Assembly: GCA_008632985.1 (NCBI GenBank)
Contig: QPGO01000045.1
Span: 248,001 to 312,000 of the forward strand
DNA length: 64,000 bases
Origin: Psammoneis japonica
Lineage: Eukaryota
Direction of reading: 5' to 3'
In this document: one piece after another, positions 1 to 12,050 of the stretch
How positions within the stretch are numbered: position 1 is the first letter of the stretch
Layout: every line of letters begins with the position of its first letter
Notes under the pieces: model-generated
Database searches by the model: none
What the model was told of the DNA's origin: nothing
What the model saw: only the letters and a program-made list of their open reading frames with translations
Translations under genes and position numbers: made by a program

Positions 1-199
1 GTTTCACAAAAACAGCTGGAATGAAAAACACAAAGTGAAAAGCATCAAAACATGCAAATGAAAGCGGACATCAACATGTTGCAGCCTCTGATGATGGGAA
101 AGGCAAGAGGAATGGAAATTCATTCAGGACCCCTGTCCATTTTATGAGCTTGGTGCCATCAGAAGCAATGGCAAGAGATGCCATGTGTGAGACAGAAGC

Positions 200-1340
200 A
201 ACATTGCAGCATTGCTTTTGTCATTCAAACACTGCGCCCTTTTTGTGTGTTTGTTTCATCCAATGCTTTGGCATCTCAAACCCAAGTCCATGGCATGTGT
301 GAAGGCATGCGCTGCTGCATTTCAGCGTGGCTCCTGCCAGTCACAGGGAATCAGATGTGGAAAAAGAGAACACTGGGATTTGTTGGCCGCCATGGTCACC
401 TTGATTCTTCTTGATCATGAAGCCCAATCTGCAGTGCTTGGTGCATGTCCTTCCTTTGGCTTGATCCGCAAGCCTGTCATGAGAGTCGTTGGCTCAATGT
501 GTGGTTTGGACTTTCAAATGGGAGACAGCAAGCACAGAATGTTGAAATTCCATTGGCTGTGTTCAGGGATTTGAACAAATGCATTGGACAAATGGTGCAC
601 AAGCACATGTCTGCACTCTCAGCTTCTTTCTGCTGGAGTTTGCACCTGAAGGATCTGTGTCAAGTGCATCAGCACTTGTGGCGCCCAAAGCACAGATGCT
701 TGACGTGTCCAAGAGCATCAACCTCATCAACAGTTTGCACAGCTCAGTTCAATGTGGCCTCTCTCCTTGTTTCCATGACATGAGAGCTGGGCATCAGCTT
801 GGTTTTGGTGCCTTTTCTGACCCTCTGGTGGGCTGCGGAGGCTGCCGAGATGGGATGACAAGAAGTTTGGCAGAGCTTCAGAAATGTTCATGCATGAATC
901 CTCAGGCGAAACTTCTGGAGCAATTGTTGATGAGCTCACCACTCTTTTGGCATTGGGAAGGCTCAGCACCAAGAACAGGAAGCACGCTGCAGCTGCTTTT
1001 GATGCTGCAGTGGTCAACGTTGAAATCCAAGGATTTGTGAGACAATGTGGCCACATTGCAAACCTTGCAATTTGGTTGAACACTCCCTCAAAACTCTGGC
1101 AATGGCGCGGAACATGCCTGGGGTGGCAACTGCTTTGTGGCTGGCGGAGCCATCAAGGGTGGCAGAATCTTGGGAGAGTGTGGTCCTTCCGACATGTCTG
1201 AGAACAGCAAAGTTGATGTTGGAAGAGGACAGCTCATCCCGACAACTTCTTGGGATCTGATCTGGCCCGGCATTGCACAATGGACCGGCATCACCAATGC
1301 TGAAGATTTTGACCATGTCTGCCCAAATCGATTTTGTTTC
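200..1340 (+). pseudogene. Degenerate DUF1501-family gene relic (TpA-depleted)
   Basis: From about 1089 the + strand reads ENSGNGAEHAWGGNCFVAGGAIKGGRILGECGPSDMSENSKVDVGRGQLIPTTSWDLIWPGIAQW, matching the DUF1501 C-terminus as I recall it (DH(A/G)WGGNYF..GG.V.GG.I.G.YP...GRGR.IPT.SWD). Tyr positions are Cys or His and upstream frames are broken. The 5' limit is approximate. Confidence 0.65.
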
Positions 1341-2148
1341 CACATTTGCTGCATTTGATTTGTTTGAGAATGCACCTCAAGATTCAATCCCATGACCCAT
1401 CCCCAGAGGCAACAGAGAGATGTCTGCACCTGGAGAGCAGCAGCCTGGCAAAAGCCCCTCTCCACCACCCATGATGCACCCCAACGCAAACTTGGAATCA
1501 TCTGCAGTGCCCCACATGGTTGTCGCCTTTGCTTCCAGCATGCTGGTCCTGTCAGTCCCAACTGGGATTCAGCCAGTTTGGTGCCTTTCCGCAAGTGCGC
1601 ATTGGATGCCCATTTGTGCATTGGATGCCCATTTGCAGGAGACAAGTTGGTGAGTGACATTAGAATGAGTAACAACAAGAAGAAGCTGCTGCTTCTCAAT
1701 GGACAGTTCAGAGATGGAGTGCGCTCAACAGACAAAACCTCACACAATTGAGTTTGTCGAAAGACAACTGCGACGAGACGCGGTCTGCAAGAATTCGCAT
1801 CAACCGGAGCACCCTTTTATCGCACTGTGCTCCCAACAAGGCCACCACCGGCAACCAACACAATGACAAAACAGATCACAAGCTCTACTTGCACAGCACA
1901 AAACAAGAGGAGGCAGTTCCCACCTACATGATGCGAATCGAAAAAGAAGCAGCAGCAAGACCCGCCTGAGCAATGGCAAATTCTATGGCCACCATCGCAA
2001 TCACTTGCGAACGGAATAGAGTAACCCCCCAAAACCCCCGCTCTGCATTATATAATTTAGACCGCTGCTTTATTATGCATGAGTCGCAATGGTGAAGCAT
2101 GCGCTCGCAGTGCCGGTACATCCATTGGTCGTCCCTCTCTGTGCCCTG

Positions 2149-5100
2149 CTAGACACTGAAACCTTCAGGATTTGATTCCTCAATTGAACAAATAATAACG
2201 AAGGACTCATGCCATGTAGATTTTTGGCATGAAAGGACAGTTTCAGCACTCGCAGTCCTAGATGTCCATGCTGAAAAAATGACAGGTATAATGAAAATAT
2301 AGCTCCTCATCGAACGAGAACTGCGGACACTCCCGACTTCACCTCCTGGAGTCGGCTTGGGAAGTCTACTACTAGCAGGCTTGGAGCGACCTGCCGACTG
2401 AACACCGTTCAACTGGTTTTCGTCATTTGTGCTGTCGCTGTGACCACCTGAACTTGACGACTTGATGTTTAAAGCTGCGTCTCGCGGCGGACGAGAACTA
2501 GTACCATGGCGGAAGGAATCCCTCTCCTCAGAAAGCTTCTCCTCAAACGAAGGCTTATTCTCAATCTCCAACTTCCCACCAGTGAACAAAGGGTGTTCCA
2601 AGACTTCCCTCATCGACTGGACGCGTTGGTCAGGGTCATGATGCAAGAGTTTCCTCAACAAGTGACGGGCCACCTCATTCTCCTGTTGTACATGTTTGAG
2701 CGCCTTCCTCAGGCTGCTATCATCCCAAAGACCGACCTTACTAACTTCCGAAGAACTCATGGCTCGCTTGCCTCGGCATGCATACGGGGAGAGTGGGAGA
2801 CCCGCAATAGCCTCGTATACAACGACCCCATATGCCCAAATATCGTACGTTGTGTGGGACGAGATCGAGACTACGCAGGCGGAGACATTCTTCTTACCAA
2901 TCGCAGCGCGCTTGTTGTCAACTACGATAGCTTCTGGCGGGTGGTAAAATCCACGATTTGGATCTGTCGGTTCTCCAATCCTGACACTCCCACCGACTCC
3001 CAGCAACTTCCATCGGCTTCCAAACTTGCCAATATTGTGAGTTCCAAAGTCACCATGAATAAGTCCGTGCTCGTGCATGTGCAGCAGCGAAATACCAATC
3101 CTCTTTAGCGCCTTCTCGGGGAACTTTTTTCCGGACTTGCGAGTGTCCAGCATGAGATTCTCGGCGGTTGTATCGGCGCCTTCCATCGTGATGCAGTATC
3201 CAGGCTCCGCCATAGCCTCCGAGTACGCAGCATGCTGCACTGTGTGGTGGACACTAATAATGGCTGGCACATAGTGCCTCGACAGGTGGTAATCTTTTCG
3301 GACTTTCAGTTCACGTTCAACGACATCAGACCTTGAAGTCAACTTCGCAATAACTTGTTGCCCCTTCTCTTTGCGAATTCGGCGCAGCTTGTCCTCGATA
3401 CTCTGTTGGGACTTAGTGCTAAGCGTAGATCTCATGCTATTCCGAGATACCGCAGAGACCTGAGACGAATCGTCCCAATCTTCCACATAGTCATTGTCCC
3501 CGCCGTCGACTTTGTCATCGTGGAGCACCGTAAAGCCACTGCCTTGCTGCTTGGGTGGTTCGTAGCGCAGCGCATAAAAGATCTGCGTATCGCTCACTGG
3601 ATTCGTGTACGCCGGTCGTTGATTCACGACTTCCAAAGTATTGAACAGACGGAGCATGACACGAAGCTCATGTTTGCAAACAGGCGAAGCGGCCGTAAGA
3701 GCAATCCTACCATCGGGACCCTCGACGTGCGCAAGGGCAAGCACCTGGGGCTGCGTACAAGTTTGCAGGATTTTCGTTACAACCTGGTGATAGAGGTCGT
3801 CGGTGTTCGAGACAATGTGGTTCCACGAATAGTGGTGAGGGAGGAGCTGGGCCCGAACCTTTTCCTTAAGGTCGATCGGCATGTCACGCTTCAACAAATT
3901 GTGAACAATAAAGTGAGAATGCTCGTTCTCAGTAGCGACCTGAATGGGAAGCAAGCCAGTCTTCCGATCAACGGAAGTTGCAAGCTGTAGAAGGAGAACA
4001 AAGAGGCGGCTAGTGAGAATACGAAGAAGGAAACTCGATCTACATAGGCGACCGTTCCAACACGTACCTCTGGTGCATGATTGAGCAAGCCCATAATCGT
4101 CCTGTCGTCTGCATTGTGCTGGAACGCCAAAAAGAGCGGGCTGTGACCGTCTCCGTTTAGAACTCCAGCACCCTCTGGGAACTGCATGATAATCGTGTTG
4201 ATCACTGCCGATCTGCATTGATTCTTAATTGAAATGTGCAGAGGCAGGTCTCCATTCATATCGGTTCGCGACACCGCCGAAGAAAAGCAAGTCAACAACG
4301 TCTTGACCACAACCTGATCAACGACTTCGCCACAACGAAGAAGTAGGTGTAGCGGAAGATCGCCGTTTTCGTCGGTCCTCTTGGCCGACGCAAAGTTCTC
4401 CGCAAGAAGAGCCGTGATGACACCGATAGAAGCATAATTACGACAAGCAATGTGAAGAGGAAGGCCTCCACCTGAGTTATTGGGAGGACGATACACCATC
4501 GTATAAGCACCTTCAGGAGACTTTGAGAGCAAGAACTTAACCGTATCTACGGCGTCAAACTCAGCGGCAACATGAATAGGAAGGCGTCCCTTTTTATCGG
4601 TGTCGTTGATTCCCTCCTTGTAGGCACTGTAGATAATCTCCAAGGCTGCCAAGTTGTCGTGGGCCGAAGCATGGTGGATGGGAAGAGCGCCCATATTATC
4701 TCTGTGGATAAGAGCTTTTGGATACAAAACGAGCACCATGTCGATTAGAAGAGTCCAAGCCTCGTTGTGTCGCGCAATCATATGAAGCAGTAGTTCTCCG
4801 CTCTTGGGTTCAGGGGCCTCTGATAGCTCTGGATGCTTGTCCAGCACACTCTCAACCATCGCCCAGTTCTCTTCTTGAATGTGATGAAATAGCTCCTGTT
4901 GCATATCAGAAGAAACGGCAAGGGCGTCCGTAGGAGTAGGAGGGGGCAACGAAGGCGTGATTTCGCGCTGAATCGGTTCGGGCGATTGGAACATTACAAC
5001 CGGCGATCTGACTTTCTGTTTGACTTCCTCTTCTTCCACGGCCTTAAGCAAAGCCTCACGTGTCCGACCACCCCGATAGATCGCTTGCATGGCAGTCACT

Positions 5101-8100
5101 GCCATCACAATATCTTGTTCTGTCATTGAGTTGGATTCTTGCGCAATGAGCTGCATTCTGTGGTTTCTGTAGGAGCGCTGGATCTTAGTTGCAGCATTCG
5201 AACGCGTACTGACAATGCTATCCACAGACTTTCGCGCGGAATGCCCTCTCCATAATTTCTGCACCGTAGTCGCGGCACCATCCGTTCTCATCCGGCTCGC
5301 CCGCATGGCGGAAAGCTTCATGCGGAGGATACTTTGAATCATAATAGCTGCTCCCTTCATCGTGAGGAAGTATGTGCGAACAATCTTGCCTCGAACAATC
5401 TTCTGAATCGCACTCGCAGCAAAGAATAATTTGTCCGACCTCAGCGCCTCGATTCTGTCAAACGCTTCACGTCGGAGAAACACCTTTGTGCGTCCTAGCT
5501 GTAGACCAGCGACCGCACAACGGGAAGCAAAGTCCAGGGACAAAAAATCCTCTTCGGAGGTAGGACGAGCGACATTGTGCCCCTCTGTTTTACCTCCTCT
5601 CGAAGTTCTGCCGTTGCTGTCCCTTTTCTTTCGTTGCTTATCTTCTGGCGTCTTTACTGAACTTTCGACAACCAAGGAAAAGGCAGGACCTCGCCGGACC
5701 TGTCATTTGCTTCGTTTGCTGATCGGATTGCCGCTGTTTAGAAGCGATAACGGAATGAAAATGTCAGCGACACGAATCGATTCAACCTATAATTCGAATA
5801 TTCAAAAGTAACTTACGTGAGCATATTTCGGAGACGACAAGAGAGTTTCTCTACGCTTCTCCTCCATCTCCAGAAGCGCAACAATGTGCTGATGGTCGGC
5901 TTCCCACAAATCAAATGCAATTTTCGAAATGAGACGCTTGAGCTCGGACACTTGTTCGGTTTTGGATCGTGGCGAAAACATGGGAGACGCAGGGCTAGTA
6001 TCTTCAAAGTCACCAAGGATGTAGTATCGAGCCATAAACACATCGTGGGCGTATCGTGTTGGGTAGCCTGCACGACTTACACGGACAGCTTCCAGTACAC
6101 CTCCACAACGAAGCTGTTCGACAATGTTTTTGGGTTCAAAGTAGTCCGGAACTAACTCATCGTTCGGTTTGAGGCAGCGAATGTAGTGGGGTACGGTAGT
6201 GTCAATCCTCGCACGAAGCGTACGCAACTGCTCGGAGAATTGGGCACCAACAGACTTGGTGGCAATTGTGCCGCGTCCCTCGCGATCTTCTGATCTGACA
6301 TACTTTTGAATGTCCGAGATGAGGTGAAAGTCCGAAGACGTCAACAGGTCAGCGGAGGCAGCAGGAAGCTGGTCCTTGTTCTTTTCGAGCCATGAATCCG
6401 TCGTGTACTCTACGTAACCGGCGTAGTGTTCAATGCTAAACATGTAGTCCGAAGATCGGACATACTTTTGAATGTCCGAGATGAGGTGAAAGTCCGAAGA
6501 CGTCAACAGGTCAGCGGAGGCAGGAAGCTGTCTTTTCGAGCCATGAATCCGTCGTGTACTCTACGTAACCGGCGTAGTGTTCAATGCTAAACATGTAGTC
6601 CACGCGTTGCGACGAAGTTGCGTGAAATCTAGGATGAGAATCGCACCGACCGTAAATATACCGAGTGAATTTCTGATCCGTACTCTTTGGAAGGATACAT
6701 TGCTCATCAAGGAGAGCGAGAATACCCCTGTGCTTCTTGTCAATCAAATCAAGGACGTCCTGGTTGTCGGGGAACGAAATGAACTTCCACAGGATTCCCT
6801 CCTTCTCGTATTCCACTTGTTCAATCTTAAAGACAAACTTGTTGAACTGCTGCTGCAGAGCTTCGTTCGTGTAGTTGATACAGAGCTGCTCGTAGTTATT
6901 AATGTCAAAGGTTTCAAAACCAAAAATATCAAGCACACCGATGGATGCTTCAGAACGCATGGACGGGTCCTCCTCGATACTATCGTTCACTCGTTCGACA
7001 ATATAGTCAAACGCCGCGCCATAGACGGCCTTGATCAGGGCCTCGCATGCCTTGGTCGATTCGTCAATATGAAGCGGCTTGTGCACAATCTCATTTCCAG
7101 CCAGACTAACTCGGGTGGTTAGAGAGGCAGCGAGCCCCTCAACGCTCACACCCAAGAGCGCCGCAGTCTTCAAAGCAGCTTCTGTCTCATCCAAGGTGCA
7201 GGACTCTCCATCCTTAGAGGCGGTGAACGTAATGTTACCAGCAAAGAGGACAGCCATGACAAGGCGCATGAGAGCCTGAACGGTTTCTGGTGAAAAGCCA
7301 ATCGTAATCTGAATAAATAAGAGAGTTTTAGAAAAACAAATCAGTCGAGAAAAAAACGAAGAAAAGAAAAAACGTGACGACGAAAACCACTCACCATTGC
7401 GTCAAGCATTTCTTGATGCGTCACTTCATCGCTCACACCGTCGCGGCGATCGTACGTCCCACTCTGATTAAGCAATTTGAAATCTTCGAAGTGAAGGTTA
7501 TCAATATAGAATTGCTCCCTTTCCGCCTTGGTAGCGCTGGAGAGAAACTGATAAAAGACGTGGTAGTTCCGTTCTCCTGCTGCTTGATGGATGAGTCGAA
7601 CCTTTTCCAATAGATAAGTTTCAATTGAAGCGCCAGACAGCTTTCCAGACCTTGTGAAGCTAATGTCAATATATTTTCCAAAGCGGGAAGAGTTGTCGTT
7701 GCGGATCGTCCTTGCATTTCCAAAGGATTCAAGAATCGGGTTGCTCTGCAACACTTCCTGTTCGATACTGACGTCTTCGGCAGCACCCTTGGGAGACTTA
7801 CGGGGCGAAGAGCTTTGCATTTCAGCTCGCTTGCGTGAAAGCATGGCAAAGTAGTTCATGACAATCTTGGTCGTGACCGTCTTTCCCGCACCACTCTCCC
7901 CAGAAACCAAAATACTCTGGTTGGTCGGATTGTCTAGGAGGGCAACTCGACCCTTGCCTCTTGATACCTGACGTGACTGTCCCATCAGTGCAGAGTTCTC
8001 AAGTCCCCTTGTCATTGCACGGTATGCATCATCGGCAGTCTGGTATACGTGTGGTGGAAGCCTTTGATGAGACACATCTCTTCTACTGGGACGACGCTTA

Positions 8101-8720
8101 AAAGGCGTAACCATCCCGTCGACCCCGTTCTCGGTGTTAGCTCCGACCCCCTTCTCCCCCTGAATTCTATAGCCATCCATCATTTCAGACGAATAAAGAC
8201 CCATTGGTTTGAACGGGTTGACCGCATTCAGGATGGGACCTGTGGCTGTGTAGATAATATCCGCATCGTACCTGAGTCGCAGGGCGTGCAGAATAGCAGG
8301 TTCGTGTAAATGCGTTAGCCCAATCAAATCGTCGACTCCTCCAACCACTGATTCGTCTACTTTGTTGGAAGGACTCGCAATAACTGCCGCTTCTGGGTCC
8401 TCTCCCGCCAGATGGAAGCTCGTAGGCAAATTTCTCAGCTTAATGTCGTCGTGATCTGCAGTTTTGAGCTGTTCTGGATCCACCGTCACCACCACTTCGA
8501 ACTGGTCTCGCTCATCGTAGTAACTCGAGCGCTGTCGAGCAATACTCGGTCTAGAAGGAGTCATACCCATTGTCATCTCAATGTTTGGGTCGTCCCTAAG
8601 GGTCAGGTTAAACATATCAACTCCCTGCACCGCAACTGGTGTTTTATCCGTAATAACAGCCGGCACCCATCCCCAGTGAGATCCGTCAGAGCGGAGCCAT
8701 ACGTGCGCTCCCACCTCCAT
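2149..8720 (-). CDS. Myosin with IQ neck, ankyrin repeats and C-terminal kinase-like domain; 4 exons (8720-7395, 7308-5817, 5699-4068, 3984-2149); frame disrupted by an internal duplication near 6300-6600
   Basis: P-loop GESGAGKT, switch I FGNARTIRNDNSSRFGK, switch II LDIFGFE, PHYIRCLKPN, QLRCGGVLE, LGRTKVF, IQxxxRG motifs, ankyrin LP(L/I)H repeats and kinase-like HGDFGTHNI and DIWAYG. GT-AG introns at 7394-7309, 5816-5700 and 4067-3985 preserve the frame. The extreme C-terminus is uncertain. Confidence 0.9.
6297..6601. repeat. Tandem duplication of about 150 bp inside the myosin motor exon
   Basis: The segment gacatacttttgaatgtccgag...aaacatgtagtcc occurs at about 6297-6450 and 6459-6601. 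The second copy lacks 3 nt and 8 nt (gtccttgt). Confidence 0.9.
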
Positions 8721-9613
8721 GGTTGATACCTTAGTTTGCTATCTGGTTGTGTAGCAGAGCGAGTAAGCAAGAGACTAATGAGTATGGTGGGTTGAATAAT
8801 AATCAATGCAATCGGTCGACTTGAAGTCGCATCACACTGCAATCGATCGATCGCGACAAACGAAAGGGCCTGGAACAAAGTACCCAACAACATGCCACAG
8901 AGGTCACAAATCACAGTGTGCTCACCAGGGGATCTTTTAGAGGTAGTTCTGAGTCATCCTACCAAATTTTATGGCCCCAAGTGTCACCAGTGGTTCGTTG
9001 TATCAACGCATCCAAGGGTGGGCGAGGAGCCCGGCAACGCAAGCTTCCGCCTTTCCATTTTACCCAGTGCAAAGCCTAAACTGGTCGGTACACTACCAAG
9101 ATCTTCCAAAAAGCATGGGTGATGTCATGTTTTGACAATGAAGAGAATGTGGTTGTAGAGTAGGAAGAAAGGGTCGTCACACCGTAGACCAGATAGACAC
9201 CTGCACACATGAACTAGACACACAAAAAATCGCTCGTGAGACATGCGATTTTAGTCAAAACAAAGCCAAAACTCTCCAACATACTCACAGGCTTATCATA
9301 TTTTGACTATGATAAGATTGTCTGACAAATGCCAACGTCATAAGTGTCCTCCAGGCTCCATCGCGTCGTTTTGTTCCCAAGGCATGCACTTTTCCAAAAT
9401 TTTGACGGCCGAAAAACGACATGCCGTGATTACGAGCCGACCAAGACCCCGAGAACCACATCAAGCACGTCACATATCCAGCATAACATTCATAATGGGC
9501 ACACCACAGGATGTAGAGTGAGATGAAGAGTAAGGCTCCCAAACGGATACGCTGCAGTGGTGCAAACGACGTGAAAAGACACCAATGTTGCAGAAGCGAT
9601 AATCGAGCAAATC

Positions 9614-10266
9614 GACGATCAATCGACCTTACAAGCTGTAACAAAAAGCAACAATGATCTTTAGTGAATAAGAAAACGATATAAAATGATAAGACACAAA
9701 GAGAACTTACCGTCGCAACGTTGTCGACCGTAATCACTGTCTCGGGTGAAGCCGAAGGAGAAGTTGAGATTCGGTCCGATGGGTGCGACATCCGTTGCGC
9801 AGATGGTACGGACACGTTCTACCACCATGACTTTCTTCTTCACTTCTCTCTCACATGCTATAAAAGCGACAAGTCTCCAAGGTCGCTACACCTCTCGATC
9901 ATCGACACTCTTTCGTACGTAGTGTTATTATGAGAGCTTGTTATCACGCACGATTGAAATCTTTCGCCAAATCGACCGACCGTACGAGACGATCAATCGA
10001 CCTTACAAGCTGTAACAAAAAGCAACAATGATCTTTAGTGAACAAGAAAACGATATAAAATGATAAGACACAAAGAGAACTTACCGTCGCAACGTTGTCG
10101 ACCGTAATCACTGTCTCGGGTGAAGCCGAAGGAGAAGTTGAGATTCGGTCCGATGGGTGCGACATCCGTTGCGCAGATGGTACGGACACGTTCTACCACC
10201 ATGACTTTCTTCTTCACTTCTCTCTCACATGCTATAAAAGCGACAAGTCTCCAAGGTCGCTGCACC
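9614..10266. repeat. Direct repeat of about 280 bp, period 374 bp
   Basis: 9614-9892 and 9988-10266 are identical except T9669/C10043 and A9888/G10262. The unit contains a minus-strand intron-like segment (gtaagt...ttacag). Confidence 0.92.
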
Positions 10267-10699
10267 CATCATTGCGATGTCATTGCCATTCTCGATCATC
10301 GACACTCTTACTCTCTTTCGTGTGATTATGACGACAGAAATCGCTTTCGCCAAAAATCGGAAACGGTTGGATAGTTTTTAGTTTTGTACAGAAAATGCGA
10401 TAGTAATGCTGTACGTAGAATCAATACCATGACCTAGTATGTAGAACATCGGAAGGACGAGCAGACGAGCCGTGCGCAGACGTAGCTAGATAGACAAGCC
10501 GCACGGAAACATTCAACATGTGACGAAGATCTCACGCGGACAAAAAGGCAAAGAGAGCAGAATTTGATCCCTTCGAATGGATCCGATCGCGCAGAAAGAT
10601 GTCGGATGTCGCATCAGCGCCGGCCATAAACATGACACCCAACTGCCGCTGATGGCCGACGGCTTTTGAGATCTTAGGGCTACACAACACTTCCCGTAT

Positions 10700-12050
10700 T
10701 CGCCAGGCTGGTGAATCTCTCTCCTCAAGAAGACTGACTCCTGTTTGCCCCAATCTCACCACTGGTTCAACACAAGAACAAGAGCCGGTGCAGCAGGGCC
10801 CAGCATGAAGTTTGCACAAGGGTGCCAAATGTGACGGACTCGTCATTGTTCAACAAGGCACCATCAAGACAGTCAATGTTTCGATTGGTGACACCAAGGT
10901 GCAGGACTTGACCTTTGGTTGTAATGGAGTCTTTGGGCAGAATCTCATTCAAGACGAAAAGCCATGGCCAGGCGATGCGAGGGCACTGACGGGCGGAGTC
11001 ATGTTTTGCCTTTCACGAGACAACTTTATCTGGGTGGACTCGATCTAGACAAGTTTGTTGCCAAGAGCTTGCACGAGCGCATGCTGGTGCATTTTTGACA
11101 GTGTCTCGCTCTTGCATGTGCTCTTGTCAACTGTTGTTGTCGATGCTCACATGATGCTTGCAACTGAGCTGACTCTGCAGCAAGCAATTGATCTCTTTCG
11201 TAATTCCAATGTCAACGACGTCGAAATCGATTCAATTGTGGACCGAATCAAAACCGTTCACGATGAAAACAAGCACATCTTTTTCTGACAAGGCAAGGTC
11301 GTGACGCATCCAACGATTTACATTGTCATTTCGGGAACAGCTTCGGCATCCACCAACAGTTTGTTGGGCGGAACGACCAAGATTCTCGAATCAAACAGCA
11401 TGTTTGGACACAAACAACTCGTGCCAGAAACAAAAGGAGAACCCACAAAAGTGACATGCCGGTGCACCATTGCAGCGGCTCAAGACGTGACAATGGGTGT
11501 CTTGACTCTGAAGGATGTCGAAGGGGTCATTTTAGATCAAGCAAGACTGAGCAGAAAGATTGAAGAGGCACCCACCAAACCGGGACATTCGACTCAACTC
11601 GATTCCTTGGAAATGCTCAAACTGCTGGGAGTGGGCACCTTTGGACAAGTGTGGCCAGTTTGTGAAAGTGACAACCCAAACATTGGCACGCAACAAAAAA
11701 CTGCTCATCAAGAAGGCAACGCCAAGTGGTGGTGACAGCAGCCAAAGAGCAGGCAAAGCGATGCATGTGCTCAAGGTCCAATGCAAGCGCGATGCACTGA
11801 AGTGCAACCAAGCAACGGGAGCACTGGAGGAGAAAGCAATTGTGCAAAAGATGGATCATCCCTTTGTCGCGAGGAGTGTCATTGCATGCTGGTCAATCCA
11901 TTTCAAGGTGCAGAGCTGTCCAGTGTTGTTCACACACATGAATTTGACGGCATTCCCGAGGATGAGGTTGTTTTCCATGCCGCAGCAGCATGACATGCTG
12001 GACAGTGATGGATGTTGTGTTTTGATCGATCTTGGTTTTGGCGAGTGTTG
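10700..12050 (+). pseudogene. Degenerate cyclic-nucleotide-dependent (PKG/PKA-like) protein kinase relic
   Basis: Two cNMP-binding-like segments (GLVIVQQG..FGQ; IYIVISG..FG), then LLGVGTFGQVW, HVLKVQCKR, EKAIVQKMDHPFV, GAELSSVVH..GIPEDEVVFHAAA and LDSDGCCVLIDLGFG across shifting frames with stops. Confidence 0.8.

Noticed and set aside
2506..3990. Plus-strand ORFs of about 200 aa opposite the myosin
   Set aside because: Antisense shadows of a coding exon with no motifs.
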